From NCBI RefSeq assembly GCF_006345805.1, contig NC_043004.1, positions 54,808,001-54,872,000 of the forward strand: 64,000 bases of DNA, given 5' to 3'. Below are positions 13,497 to 26,968 of this stretch, piece by piece. Within the stretch, counting starts at the first letter, position 1. The number at the start of each line of letters is the position of its first letter. Made by a program: the position numbers and the translations under genes. The notes beneath the pieces were generated by a model. It was given only the letters and a program-made list of their open reading frames with translations. It searched no databases and was not told the DNA's origin. The DNA comes from Octopus sinensis. Taxonomy: Eukaryota.

Positions 13497-13554
<58 letters not shown>

Positions 13555-13959
13555 CAGACAAACACACAGACAGACACACAGACAGACAGATAGATAAACA
13601 GAAATTTCACACAAGAAAACATAAGCACATAAATGCGCAAAAACACATTAAAATTTCAATAATTCCGTAACCTAGTCTAAAACCAATTACAATATGTTAC
13701 AAATGATTAAAAAAATAGTGTGTGTGTGTGTGTGTGAGTGTGTGTATGCGTGGCGCGCGTGCACCTGCTTGTGGGTATATCCGTGTGCGCAAGAGTATAT
13801 GCATAGCGTTAACGTCATTAAACACACTTAAGCATATCTTAGAAATTTCGTTCGTGTTTAATGCATGCCAGCGGTCTGGTGTATTTGTTTGTCTCTCTTC
13901 TTTCCTCCCAGAAGCTATAAAATTGAAATTACATTTAAAAAAAAAGGCTGAAGCGAAGA

Positions 13960-13969
<10 letters not shown>

Positions 13970-14025
<56 letters not shown>

Positions 14026-14029
14026 TATA

Positions 14030-14071
<42 letters not shown>

Positions 14072-14145
14072 GTGGTGGTGATGATGATGATGGTGGTGAT
14101 GAAGATGATGATGATGGGGAGGAGGACAACTACAACCAGTATTAC

Positions 14146-14191
<46 letters not shown>

Positions 14192-14317
14192 AGAGGTTTC
14201 AACATGTTTGACGTCTGTGTTCGCTATTTAGCGTTTTTAAAGGTAGCTTTCATTGTTGAAGTAGAGCAACGAAAAGAAGTCATGACAACAATATTTCTTT
14301 TCTTCCCGTTTTAAATG

Positions 14318-14387
<70 letters not shown>

Positions 14388-14480
14388 TGATGATGATAAT
14401 AATAATAATAATAATAACAATAATAATAATAATAACAATAACAAAAATAACAATAATAATAATAAAATAATAACAATAAC

Positions 14481-14530
<50 letters not shown>

Positions 14531-14586
14531 TAACAATAACAATAATAATAATAATAATAATAATAACAATAACAATAATAATAATA
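13970..14586. repeat. Trinucleotide microsatellite mosaic (AAT/GAT/TAG/AAC)
   Basis: Seen directly in the sequence. Confidence 0.9.
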
Positions 14587-15161
14587 AGTAAATTCCCTGA
14601 TGCAGTAAATGCCCTGATGCAGTAAATGCCCTGATGCAGTACCAGGCAGTGGCTCTCATGGCTTCTGATCTTAACTGATTGGAAGTGTTATCATGTACAT
14701 TGTTTTGTCTTGGTATAAAAGATGGGATACAGCAAATATTCTGCTCAATACCACAGATTTGCTTGTCAGTTGTTTGACCTTAACCAGTTGAGCATGTCCC
14801 TTAGTGGCTGACGATATGTGCATCTCTGATCACGAGCAGAAGTAGTGGGGGAGCATCATAGCCATGTGTTGAGAGGGATTCTTTGGGGTTTGAATAATTC
14901 ACCTCTGGAATCATAGGTGTTTCGTTCAACGTCCTTGGACAGCCCTTATTCAGGGACCTTTTGAGCGGGACGGGTTACTCTAGGCTCCATCTGCAAGGTC
15001 ATGTGCTGTTTATCTTGATATGAGATCACCATATCGCGCACATATGGTTGTGATGCATGTGCCTGGTGTGCCCTTATCGGACGGGTAGTCATGATGGGTA
15101 TACTGGGCTTCGTATATTTTACCCCAGTGTCACTTTGATGGCATGCTCTGCTCGCTCACTC
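14587..15161 (+). mobile_element. Non-coding (TAA)n-embedded retroposon, longest copy (about 575 bp)
   Basis: Its 3' end (..CTCACTC followed by AAT repeats) is shared with 15517-15619 (+) and 35889-36080 (-). It starts with a 3x17-bp tandem repeat. Confidence 0.75.
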
Positions 15162-15196
15162 AATAATAATAATAATAAATAATAATAATAATAATA

Positions 15197-15229
<33 letters not shown>

Positions 15230-15250
15230 TGATGATGATGATGATAATAA

Positions 15251-15411
15251 AGGTTTCTTAAACAGTCACTTGTACAACACTAAGTACAAAACCAAATATA
15301 TGGCACTTTAGGCATAACACCAGCATGAACTTCCAACTTGTTGTCTCTTGAGGTCTCTGGGTGAGACTTGGAGCCAACTTGTGCAAATGCAAAGCAAAAG
15401 TCAAACATAGA
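15251..15411 (+). mobile_element. 3'-UTR-only copy of an R4/Dong-type LINE
   Basis: Shares CCAAATATATGGCAC..GAACTTCCAA..GCCAACTTGT..AAAGCAAAAGTCAAACATAG with the 3' end of the copy at 20111-20937. Flanked by AAT repeats. Confidence 0.8.
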
Positions 15412-15429
15412 ATAATAATAATAATAATA

Positions 15430-15495
<66 letters not shown>

Positions 15496-15516
15496 TAATA
15501 ATGATAATAATAATAA

Positions 15517-15619
15517 GTGCCTGGTGTACCTTTATCAGACGGGTAGTCATGATGGGTATATTGGGCTTCGTATATTTTACCCCAGTGTCACTTTGATGGC
15601 ATGCACTGCTCTCTCACTC
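15517..15619 (+). mobile_element. 5'-truncated copy of the TAA-embedded non-coding retroposon
   Basis: Near-identical to the last ~100 bp of 14587-15161; AAT repeats on both sides. Confidence 0.85.
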
Positions 15620-15700
<81 letters not shown>

Positions 15701-15701
<1 letters not shown>

Positions 15702-17852
15702 TGTTCAAGGCATTTACTGCAGTGATATCGCAAAGGCTGAACAAGCACCTGGACGAAAACAAACTGTTCCCAGAAGAGCAGAAAGGATGCCGCAAAGGCT
15801 CATATGGCTGTAAAGATCAACTAATGATTAATAAAGCCGTAACTGAAGACAGCCACAGAAAGAAGAAAGGCCTCAGTATGGCCTGGATTGACTACAAAAA
15901 GGCGTTTGATAGCATCCCCCACACATGGATCCTCGAAACACTAGCCATTAACAAAGTAGCACCAACAATCATAAAATTCATAGAGCACTCTATGAATAAA
16001 TGGCAAACAGTCTACACCTCCAAACAAAAGAGGGACTCATGAAAACCAAAGACATCCCCATTAGAAGAGGAATATTCCAGGGAGACACGCTCTCTCCACT
16101 CCTTTTCTGCTTGGCACTGTCACCTCTATCTGATATGCTAAATAGAACTGGATGCGGATATAAATGTTACGGCAAAACGATCAGCCACCTTTTATATATG
16201 GATGACCTAAAACTATACGCTGCAAATGACAAACAGCTGGAAACACTATTAAAGACAGTTCATGGATTTACCAAAGAAATAGATATGAAATTTGGATTAG
16301 AAAAATGCGCCAAAGTAACCATGAAAAGAGGAAAACTAGTTAAGAGTAACAACATCACACTAGATAAAACCAATGAAATAAAAGAATTAGACCAAAGCCA
16401 AACTTACAAATACTTAGGAATCCATGAACTAGATAAGACACAACACACACAAATGAAAGAGAAAATAAAAAGAATATTATAGACGAGTTAGATCAATACT
16501 AAAAACAGAGCTCAATGCTAAAAACAAGATAATAGGTATCAACACTTTAGCTGTCCCAGTTATAAGTTACAGCTACAATATCCTTAACTGGACACGAAAT
16601 GAACTGTCCAAAATAGATAGGAAAACAAGAAAAATACTGACAGTATCTAGGATGCATCACCCAAAATCTGACATAGAAAGGACTATATACATAAACGTAT
16701 AGAAGGTGGTAGAGGCCTTATACAGCTGGAAAACTACTATAAAATAACCACCATAGGACTGCAAAAATACCTACTTCAGAAGGAAGGAAAACTGATCCAG
16801 ATAGCAGCAAAATACGAGCAAAACAAAAAACTGTTCTCAGTATTTAAGGAAGCTGACAAATACAAACAAGAAATCATACCACCTAATAAACACAAAGAAG
16901 AAGAAGAAGATGATGAAGAAACAACAAAAGCTATAAAACAAATGAAATCCAAACTAAAAATAGAACAGCAACGAGCCATGATAAAACGATGGCAAGAAAA
17001 GCCCCTTCATGGTAAATACTGCACTAAACTAACGCAAAAGAAATAGACAAAGAAAAATCCCAGCAATGTTTGAGAAGCTCAGGACTCAAAGCAGAAACAG
17101 AGGGATTTTTAATTGCAGCACAAGACCAAAGCCTCCCCACCAGAAATTACCAAAAACATGTAATGAAAAGAAAATTTACAAGTAACTGCAGAATATGTGG
17201 AGATGGACAAGAAACAATAAATCATATTATCTCTAGCTGCCCAGTCCTGGCTAAGAAGGAATATATTCACAGACATGACAGAGTTGGAACCTACATACAT
17301 TGGAAGCTATGCCAACATTATGGAATAACAACAGAAAAAAGATGGTATAGGCACACACCAGAAAAGGTCACAGAAAACGAGAAAGCAACCATACTCTGGG
17401 ATATGCCGATACACACAGATAGAGAAATTAAGGCCAACAGACCAGATATAGTTGTCAGAGATCATGAAGAAAAAAAATGCTTATAATTGATGTATCAATA
17501 CCGGCAGATGACAACGTGTCTCTAAAAGAAATGGAGAAACTCTCAAAATACAAAGACCTGGAAATAGAGGTAACTAGAATGTGGAACCTGAAAACAGAAA
17601 CAATTCCTATCATAGTAGGTGCATTAGGCATGATAAAAAAATATTCAGACAAATACATAACAAAAACACCAGGACTTACAAACACATATAACATACAGAA
17701 AATTGCACTACTAGGCACTGCACACATCCTACGCAGAACACTTTCCATACAATAACCATCAGAGCATCACAACAAATCACAGCACATACCCAAGGCACAC
17801 AGAGGCGCTCGGTAGTGAAGTGAAAGCACGCTATAAAAAAATAAAACTACTG
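15701..17852 (+). mobile_element. R4/Dong-clade non-LTR retrotransposon, 5'-truncated, frameshifted (RT + CCHC + restriction-like endonuclease)
   Basis: WIDYKKAFDSIPH, GIFQGDTLSPLLF, YMDD, CRICGDGQETINHIISSC, RHDRV, RPDIV..IIDV, EKLSKYKDL. Bounded by (AAT)n. Confidence 0.92.
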
Positions 17853-17932
17853 AATAATAATAATAATAATAATAATGACAATGTTAATTATAATAATAAT
17901 AATAATAATGATAATAATAATAATGATAATGA

Positions 17933-17963
<31 letters not shown>

Positions 17964-18021
17964 AAGAAGAAGAAGAAGAAGAAGAAGAAGAAGAAGAAGA
18001 AGAAGAAGAAGAAGAAGAATG

Positions 18022-18071
<50 letters not shown>

Positions 18072-18076
18072 TAACA

Positions 18077-18136
<60 letters not shown>

Positions 18137-18138
<2 letters not shown>

Positions 18139-19830
18139 GAACTTGAAGGCCTATTGCGCACCGTGAAAGCATTCAGCGATGACATCGGGATGGAGTTTGG
18201 ACTTGAGAAGTATGCCAAGGCCACTTTCCAGAAAGGGAAAGTGAAGACCACAAATTCAGTCGTGTTAGATGTTGACACAGTCATAAGAGAGCTTGAGCAA
18301 GAACAAACATACAAATATTTAGGGATAAATGAAGGCTCTGGTATTCAGCATGCAAGCATGAAAGAGAAAATCAGGAAGGAATGTTATGGAGAGTTCGTGC
18401 AGTCCTGAAATCTGAACTAAATGCACGTAACAAGGTGTTAGCTATAAATTCCTTAGCAGTTCCAGTTGTTACTTATAGCTACAATGTGTTGAACTGGAAT
18501 ATGAGTGAAGTAAAGAATATAGATAGGAAAATACGCAAGCTGCTGAGTTGTATAGGATGCACCACCCAAAGGCAGACGTAGATCGCCTTTACCTCCCCCC
18601 AGAGCCCAAAGAGGTCGAGGCCTGATCCAATTTGAACTAGCTTACAAAACAACCACAATTGGACTGGCCAAATATCTCGAAATATCGAATGACTGGATGC
18701 TAAAGCTCGTGGAAAATCACGAGAGACGAAAGAAGCTTCATTCTATCATAAAGGAAAGCAAAAAATTTGCTATTGATCTCGTGCAGGATACCCAAACTGA
18801 ACAACCCGAGGAAGTACGGCAACTATTGTTGCAAAGAAGGTGAAAATGATGGCAATGAAAAAAGCGCACGAGCAATTGGCTGATAGGTGGGAGGAGAAAC
18901 CTCTGCACGGCAAATATGTGACCCGCAGCAAACAAGCTGATGTTGACCAGAAGCAAACCCATCAGTGGCTACGGAGCTCAGGGCTAAAAGCAGAGAGCGA
19001 AGGTTTCATCCTGGCTGCTCAAGATCAAAGCCTATTAACTCGGAACTACCAGGCCAATGTGATGAAAAATGGAGCAGACCCAAAATGCCGATTCTGCAAC
19101 GACATGATTGAAACAGTAGACCACCTAATCTCTGGATGTAAAGTCTTAGCACCAGTGGAGTATAACTTAAGACATGACAGAGTTGGCCAATATCTCCACT
19201 GGCTAATAAGTCGGCATTACAATATCAAAACTGCCGACAAGTGGTATAATCACCACCCTGAGGCTGTAACTGAAGGAGAAAATGTAACCATTCTGTGGGA
19301 CTTTCCAGTACATACAGACCGAACCATCAAGGCCAATAAACAGATATTGTTGTGAAAGACCAAAACAATAAAGTTTGCTTATTGATCGACATGAGTATCC
19401 CCTGTGATCATAATATCTCAGCGAAAGAGTTTGACAAGCTCAGAAAATATAAAGACCTACTCATTGAAATTGAGAAAATGTGGCATCTCAAGGCGGTTAC
19501 AATACCAGTGATCGTAGGAGCACTAGGAATGATCAAGAAGGGAACCCAAATTATATGAGAATGATCCCTGGCTTACCATCCCTGCAAGAAGTGCAAAAGA
19601 TTGTCTTAACTGGTACATCACACGTATTGAGAAGAGCATTGTCGATGTGAGAACTGTTGCTGCTCATGTATTTTAATTTAACTTTAAAAAAAAAAAAATT
19701 TTTTTTAAATGAACGAACTACTGAGTTTGGTTTAGTGGCCTACCAATGTATACTATGAATTTCTTTGCCCTAGGAGTCGGGAAGACACTCGGCAAAAAAT
19801 GATAGCAAATTTGAAAGAAGAAAAAAAAGT
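18137..19830 (+). mobile_element. Second R4/Dong-clade copy (different subfamily), 5'-truncated
   Basis: MEFGLEKYAK, EGFILAAQDQSLLTRNY, CRFCNDMIETVDHLISGC, RHDRV, LIDMSIP, KYKDL. Bounded by (AAT)n. Confidence 0.92.
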
Positions 19831-19887
19831 AATAATAATAATAATAATAACAATAATAATAATAATAATAACAATAATAATAATAAC

Positions 19888-19923
<36 letters not shown>

Positions 19924-20072
19924 CGATTCTTTTTATTGGCCACAAGGGCTGACAAAGATGATTGGAAAACATAAAGGGAAAAAACAGGACGAAAGGTTAC
20001 AAAAGGTTTTGTCCGTTTTTTAATAATAATAATAATAATATAATAATAATAATAATAACAATAATAATAATA

Positions 20073-20110
<38 letters not shown>

Positions 20111-20113
<3 letters not shown>

Positions 20114-20937
20114 TCTGAAACAGAGGGGTTTATCATAGCAGCTCAAGATCAATGCCTACCAACAAGAAACTACCAGGCCAACATATTAAAGAACGGCAGT
20201 AGCCCAACATGTCGTGTATGTCGACAACAAAATGAAACCATTGACCATGTTGTCTCCAAATGCAGTCTTCTAGCGCCTACAGAGTACCTCAGTAGGCATG
20301 ATAGAGCTGCACAATATATTCACTGGGTAATTTGCAAAAACCTGGATTTGCCCCATGAAAAAAAACTGGTGGGAACACAATCCACCTCCTGTGCTTGAAA
20401 ATGACCACATCTCACTCCTCTGGAACTTCACCATTCAAACTGACAGGAAGATAGATGCAAATAGGCCAGACATTATATTGAAAGACTTCAGACAAACATG
20501 CCTCCTCATTGATATTACCGTCCCAATCGATATAAACGTATCTGTCAAGACCTACCAAAAACTGAGCAAATATAAAGATCTTGAAATAGAAATCAGCAAA
20601 ATGTGGAAGCTGAAAACTAAAACAATACCTGTTGTCATAGGTGCCCTGGGAATGATAGCGAAAGGGACTGATTGCTACCTAACTCAGATACCAGGAAACC
20701 CCAAAATGTCAGAAATTCAAAAGATAGTGCTCATGGGAACTGCTCATATCCTACGGAAAATACTCTCTATGTAATCCCAAGGTTTAAAACAAACGTTTTT
20801 TTTTTAATTTTTTTTTTTATTTTTATTTTTATGTATTAGACATTCACTAGTACAACACCAAAAAAAAAAAACCCAAATATATGGCACAGAACTTCCAAGC
20901 CAACTTGTACAGACATAAAGCAAAAGTCAAACATAGA
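20111..20937 (+). mobile_element. Third R4/Dong-clade copy, endonuclease portion plus 3' UTR
   Basis: SETEGFIIAAQDQCLPTRNY, CRVC..ETIDHVVSKC, RPDIILKD..LIDI, KLSKYKDL, LMGTAHILRKIL. Bounded by (AAT)n. Confidence 0.92.
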
Positions 20938-20951
20938 ATAATAATAATAAC

Positions 20952-20984
<33 letters not shown>

Positions 20985-20994
20985 AATAAGGGTA

Positions 20995-21095
20995 AGACTG
21001 GTACTTATTTTATTGACCTCAGCAGAATAAAAGGCAAAGTCAATCTCGGCGGAATTTGAGCTCAGATCATAAAAACGTAACGACGAAATGCCGTA
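20995..21095 (-). mobile_element. SINE family B fragment
   Basis: GGTACTTATTTTATTGACC..AAAGGCAAAGTCAATCTCGGCGGAATTTGAGCTCAGA matches family B. Confidence 0.7.
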
Positions 21096-21142
21096 AATAA
21101 TAATGATGATGGAGATGAAGATGATGATGGGGATTGAGGATG

Positions 21143-21183
<41 letters not shown>

Positions 21184-21223
21184 GGTGGTGGTGGTGGTGG
21201 TGGTGGTGGTGGTCCTGGTAGTG

Positions 21224-21259
<36 letters not shown>

Positions 21260-21976
21260 TCACTAACGGTAATAATCAAAATAAAGTAAAGATAATAACG
21301 TTAAGGATATCAACGTTAGACGTTTAAAAGTTAATTTTGTGTCTTCTATACGATTACTATTAAGAACCGTAATGCGTTTTTCTATAAAAAGAAAAGACAT
21401 GTCTTTCTCGAACCTTTGGTTTCTAAATTCTGCTTTGAATCAATATATGCCACATTATTTCACGGATGTGTAAATACAGAAGCTTTCATGGCATGGCATG
21501 GTGCTGAGGCAGAAGCAATAAGACGTTTTTAGGTTCTTGCTTGCTGTATTTTATGGGTAGCTAGAAATGAAACTATAATTTAATATGGTGACCAATCCTT
21601 TATAAAGAAATGGTAAAAGGGGAAAAAATGGGGAAAAAAATATTGGGAAAATAAAGAATAGAACACGAAAACAGATTTGTGTAAAAGATTATGGAGTTTA
21701 TAAATGGAGGCTAAATTATATTATGAATATCCATTCTAAAACCTGATTTTCAGAGGGTTAAGCGGAACGGGAGGGTGGTTATTATAACTGAAATTGATTT
21801 TAGTATGGCAATTAATTCGGAAAATCCAATAGAATCGCTTGAATAAACAGAATGAAAGACGATGGAGGGAAGAAATTAAAGGCTTGTGCCTACATAGTTG
21901 TATGACTATTTAATGGCGGTGTTATAATGTACGTCCGCTTATATGTTTACAGACACAGACACACAACCACGTATTT

Positions 21977-22010
<34 letters not shown>

Positions 22011-22215
22011 GCACACAAATATACACACACAAACCCACACACTCACACGCACACATATGTATATATAATGGATGTGTGTTTGTATATGGTATTATATGTG
22101 AATGGAAGAAGTAGATGTGGGGAGAGTAAGTTGCCATGCGTACATGTAAATATATTGTTCTTCAGCAAGAATATATATATACACACACACATACACACAC
22201 ACACACACACATATA

Positions 22216-22273
<58 letters not shown>

Positions 22274-22396
22274 TTATACACATATGCATATATGTGTATG
22301 TATATATACATATATATGTGTATGTGTACAAAATCATAGTTAATATAGTTATTTTTATACGTATGTGTGTATATATATATGTATTTATATATATAT

Positions 22397-22464
<68 letters not shown>

Positions 22465-23349
22465 TATATAATTTATTATAATATTATATATTATGAGTAT
22501 AGGGATATAGTAAATATTTGCTTGAGTAAATATATGAAGGTTGTAGTGTGTATATTACGAATAGAAGGGAATAAAATCGAAGATGAAAATGGTAGAAGTG
22601 ACAGGGTAGGAAAATAAGTCAAAGCTATAAACTTAAAATATTTAGAAAATACAACTAAAAGGATCCCTAGCAGCCGTTGTCCCATGTCATGAATAGTTTA
22701 AACTGATCTCATGAATGATGGATATTGCATTCGTATAAACTGAAACACAAACATATGCACGCAATCATATACTTGCATTAATGCTTGCACGCACGCACAG
22801 ACACTCTCGGAAATATCTGAGCATACACACGTGCAATAAATTACCATCACTCACATATAAGCATTACGCATATAATAAGAGATATTAATGCGAAAATTCA
22901 ACTATATGTATGTGTAGTGGGAATATTTAGCAATCAGTTCACAATATCCGATGTCACGATTCGCTAAAATATTACTCATCAATCGAACAGATTTGACCAA
23001 TCAAGACTTCGCCTGGGACAGGCTCCAGCAACAATTTCATCTTTTGGTGCGTTTCTGTCTGAGCCTGACCTTCACTATATATTCAGCGAGCGCACATTAG
23101 CTACCACGGACAGACGAAACAGCAGATAGACTGAAAAAACGGGGACAACAGCTAACCCTAGCTGACAGTAGTTAAAGCAATGAATAGACCGCGGACAACA
23201 ACACAGACACCAGCTAATATTTTGGTTGCTGCTACAATCGCACCAGTCTAAGAACAGTAATATTTAAAATCTCTTAATGTTTTGTCATTCGTATCAACGA
23301 CAAGTTTTCTTTGTTTAGGAAATAAATATATATTTTGTTTATCGAAAAT

Positions 23350-23490
23350 CTCAGCAAACATTGGTCTTCTTCGTAACAATTGAGGACGCCGATGTAATGC
23401 ACAGGTACGAAAACTGGAACCCCTAGATAGATAAACCACACTTTCGGGTTATGCATCCAAAATGTGGGGATTCGCCGCAATATGGAAGCT
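23350..23490 (-). pseudogene. Ty3/Gypsy-type gag N-terminal relic
   Basis: IPTFWMHNPKVWFIYL-(1-nt frameshift)-QFSYLCITS fits the gag motif P-x-F-W-x3-P-x2-W-F-x3-E-x-Q-F-x4-I-T. The motif was recalled, not searched. Confidence 0.5.
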
Positions 23491-23595
23491 TCGATTGGTG
23501 TGATGATGTTGAAGACCGTTCGAAAGACTTCTCAGTGTTGGAGATCCTGGTAGATGATACTGGATGGTGAGGCTGCGAAATCTCCTTTAAACGCT

Positions 23596-23945
23596 CAGCG
23601 GCAGTAGCGGCGGCAGCGGCGGCAGCGGCGGTAGCGGCGGTAGCGGTGGCAGCGGCGGCAGCGGCGGCAGCGACGGCAGCGGCGGTAGCGGCGGCAGCGG
23701 CGGCAGCGGCGGCAGCGGCGGTAGCGGCGGCAGCGGGGCAGCGGCGGCAGCGGCGGCAGCGGCGGCAGCGCGGCAGCGGCGGCAGCGCGGCAGCGGCGGC
23801 AGCGGCGGCAGCGCGGCAGCGGCGGCAGCGGCGGCAGCGGCGGCAGCGGCGGCAGCGGCGGCAGCGGCGGCAGCGGCGGTAGCGGCGGCAGCGGCGGCAG
23901 CGGCGGTAGCGGCGGCAGCGGCGGTAGCGGCGGCAGCGGCGGCGA
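23596..23945. repeat. GC-rich 9-bp minisatellite (CGGCAGCGG / CGGTAGCGG)n
   Basis: About 350 bp of near-perfect 9-mer units, seen directly. Confidence 0.95.
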
Positions 23946-24289
23946 CGACATCGACAACTAGCATCAATACTTTGGGAACATTTTAGCTATTTCTGTCTAC
24001 AGTGCAATGTTCCCCACCGGATGATAATGTTCTTGGAACTGCAAACTGCTAACTTACTAACTCTAGTATGGTTCTCCCACTAATTTATTGACTGATTGAT
24101 TGATTTTATTACTTTCTTTCAATTATCTCGTTTAATTACACCTATTTAATTTACTTATTTATCTTATTTCTTTAGCGATCTTATCTACTTCAGCTTTATA
24201 ACCACCGCCCATTCTTCTACTCGTTTCCCTTTATAACTGCACTTATTCAATACCGTTGGAACCCATGGGCACACAAAACACACATATAT

Positions 24290-24444
24290 GTGTGTATGTA
24301 TGTATGTATGTATGTATGTATGTATGTAGGTAAGTAGGTATGTATGTATGTATGTAGGTAGGTAGGTATGTATGTATGTATGTATGTAAGTAGGTAGGTA
24401 GGTATGTATTATGTATGTATGTATGTATGTATGTATGTTGTATG

Positions 24445-24475
<31 letters not shown>

Positions 24476-24599
24476 GTATGGATGGATGTAGGTATGTATG
24501 TATGTATGTAGGTAGGTAGGTATGTATGTATGTATGTATGTAAGTAGTAGGTAGGTAGGTATGTATGTATGTATGTATGTATGTATGTATGTATGTATG

Positions 24600-24630
<31 letters not shown>

Positions 24631-24703
24631 GTATGGATGGATGTAGGTATGTATGTAGGTATGTATGTATGTATGTATGTAGGTATGTATGTATGTATGT
24701 ATG

Positions 24704-24742
<39 letters not shown>

Positions 24743-24859
24743 GTATCGATGTAGGTATGTATGTAGGTATGTATGTATGTAGGTATGTATGTATGTATGT
24801 ATGTATGTATGTAGGTATGTATGTATGTATGTATGTATGTATGTATCTATCTATCTATG

Positions 24860-24894
<35 letters not shown>

Positions 24895-25020
24895 GTATCT
24901 ATGTACGTATGTATGTATGTATGTATCTATGTATGTATGTAGGTATGTATGCATGTATGTATGTATGTATGTATCTATGTATGTAGGTATGTGTGTGTAT
25001 TTGTATGTATGTACGTACGT
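24290..25020. repeat. Long (TATG/TATC/TAGG)n tetranucleotide mosaic
   Basis: Seen directly in the sequence. Confidence 0.9.
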
Positions 25021-25603
25021 ATATTGACAGCTATGAAATATGTATACATACAGTCATGTGAAGACGCGCACACACACATACAGACGCATACACATACTCA
25101 CACACACACACACCAACACACACACATATATATTTATATATGCGCGTATGTACGCATGTACGTGGGCAAATATGTATATGTATGTGAATGTGTACTTTTT
25201 GTATATGTATGTGTATATATGTATATATGTGTGTGTGTGTTTGTGTGTACACGCACACACATACACATACACACACCCATAGCTTTACATATGCAAGCAC
25301 ATTTCTTCTCTAATAATATTTTCTCTTCTTCCCACCCCCATTCTCTCTCTCTCCCTCTCTCTCTCTCTTTGTATGTATGTATGTATACATATATGTGTAT
25401 GTATATATATATACAAATATATATATATACATATATATATATAAATGTATATATATGTATATGCATATATATATTATATATATATATACATATATATATA
25501 TACATATATATACATATATGTATATATATATATAAATGTATATATATATAAATGTATATATATATATCATATATATATATATATACATATATATATACAT
25601 ATA

Positions 25604-25706
<103 letters not shown>

Positions 25707-26922
25707 TATATATATATTATAATATATATATATATAGTGCTTTAACGCCAACCAATCTAATTCCATTACTAGTACTACCAACTCTTCTACTTCGCCCACC
25801 TTCATTATATACATTACATAGCAAATTAATTTATAGTCTCTCATAGCTTGCAGACCATGCAAATCTTACAATTAAACCAACACCTATACCTTCTAAATCC
25901 TACCTTATCAAACACACACACACACTCACTTCCGCTATTCTTTACTTCTCCCACAGGAATCTTAAGGTCAAAGAAAAGCGACTAATCTTGCAAGAGTCGT
26001 CCTGGAAATTACCAATTTCCATTTATACACACATACACCTCTAAGTATGTGCAAGTGTGTGTTTGTGTATACTATGGTGGTGGCTCTCACAAGATTCGTC
26101 GTTTTTCCTTCACCTTAAAATTCATCAGAGAGAAATTTTATGTGGGTTATATTTTACTTGCCACAGTCATTAAACTGCGGCCTTCCTGGGACACCGCTTT
26201 AGAAGATTTAGACTGCGAAACCGACTCCAGTGCTATCGACCGCTTTCGTCAAATAGTTTGATTTTTGCTTTTTTTTTTTTTTTTCAATATATTTGAGATG
26301 CTGGGATGCTGCTGAGAAAAATCGGTATAAAACAACTGACTCCATAATAAAAAATTATAGAGAGAGTAAAAAATGTGAAAAAATGTATGAATAATTTTGC
26401 AAAATTTACAGAAAATGATATTACACACACGTACACACAAATACACGCACACACACATACATACACATGCACACATCCATACATATACACGCAGACAAAC
26501 ATATTTACATGGAATTCATACACTCATTTATCTATCTATCTATATGTATGTGTGCGTATATGTGTGTGTGTGTAACGGAGATGTACTTGCATAGCAGGTG
26601 ACCTATATATTCTAGCTTAAAAGCCGCTGAAAGAGAAAATTTTTTCTGTCAATTTGCATATATATATGCTTGTATGTATGTATATCTTATACATCTAGCC
26701 CAAAAGGTTTTGCTTGTTTATTTGAATCATTATCTCCATATCTCTTCACCAGGATTGCTCTTATAGCTACTCTTTACCCGGCAGGCTTAGTCCTCGGTAA
26801 AGATTTCGGTGTGTAAATCCAAATGATTTAAACGTTACTAAGACTTTTACTATATTGAGCATCTTCTGGATCTCACTTGTTGACTTTATATATGTTTTTA
26901 TATTTGTTTGTTTGTTTATTCA

Positions 26923-26968
<46 letters not shown>

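Noticed and set aside
14587-20937. CRISPR-like appearance (unique segments separated by repeats)
   Set aside because: The repeats are variable-length trinucleotide microsatellites and the spacers are retroelement fragments; no cas genes, eukaryotic context.
23646-23882. Protamine-like (RRQ/RRC)n or formin-like (PPL)n protein
   Set aside because: These are reading frames of a 9-bp minisatellite with frame-breaking unit defects; no flanking domain support.
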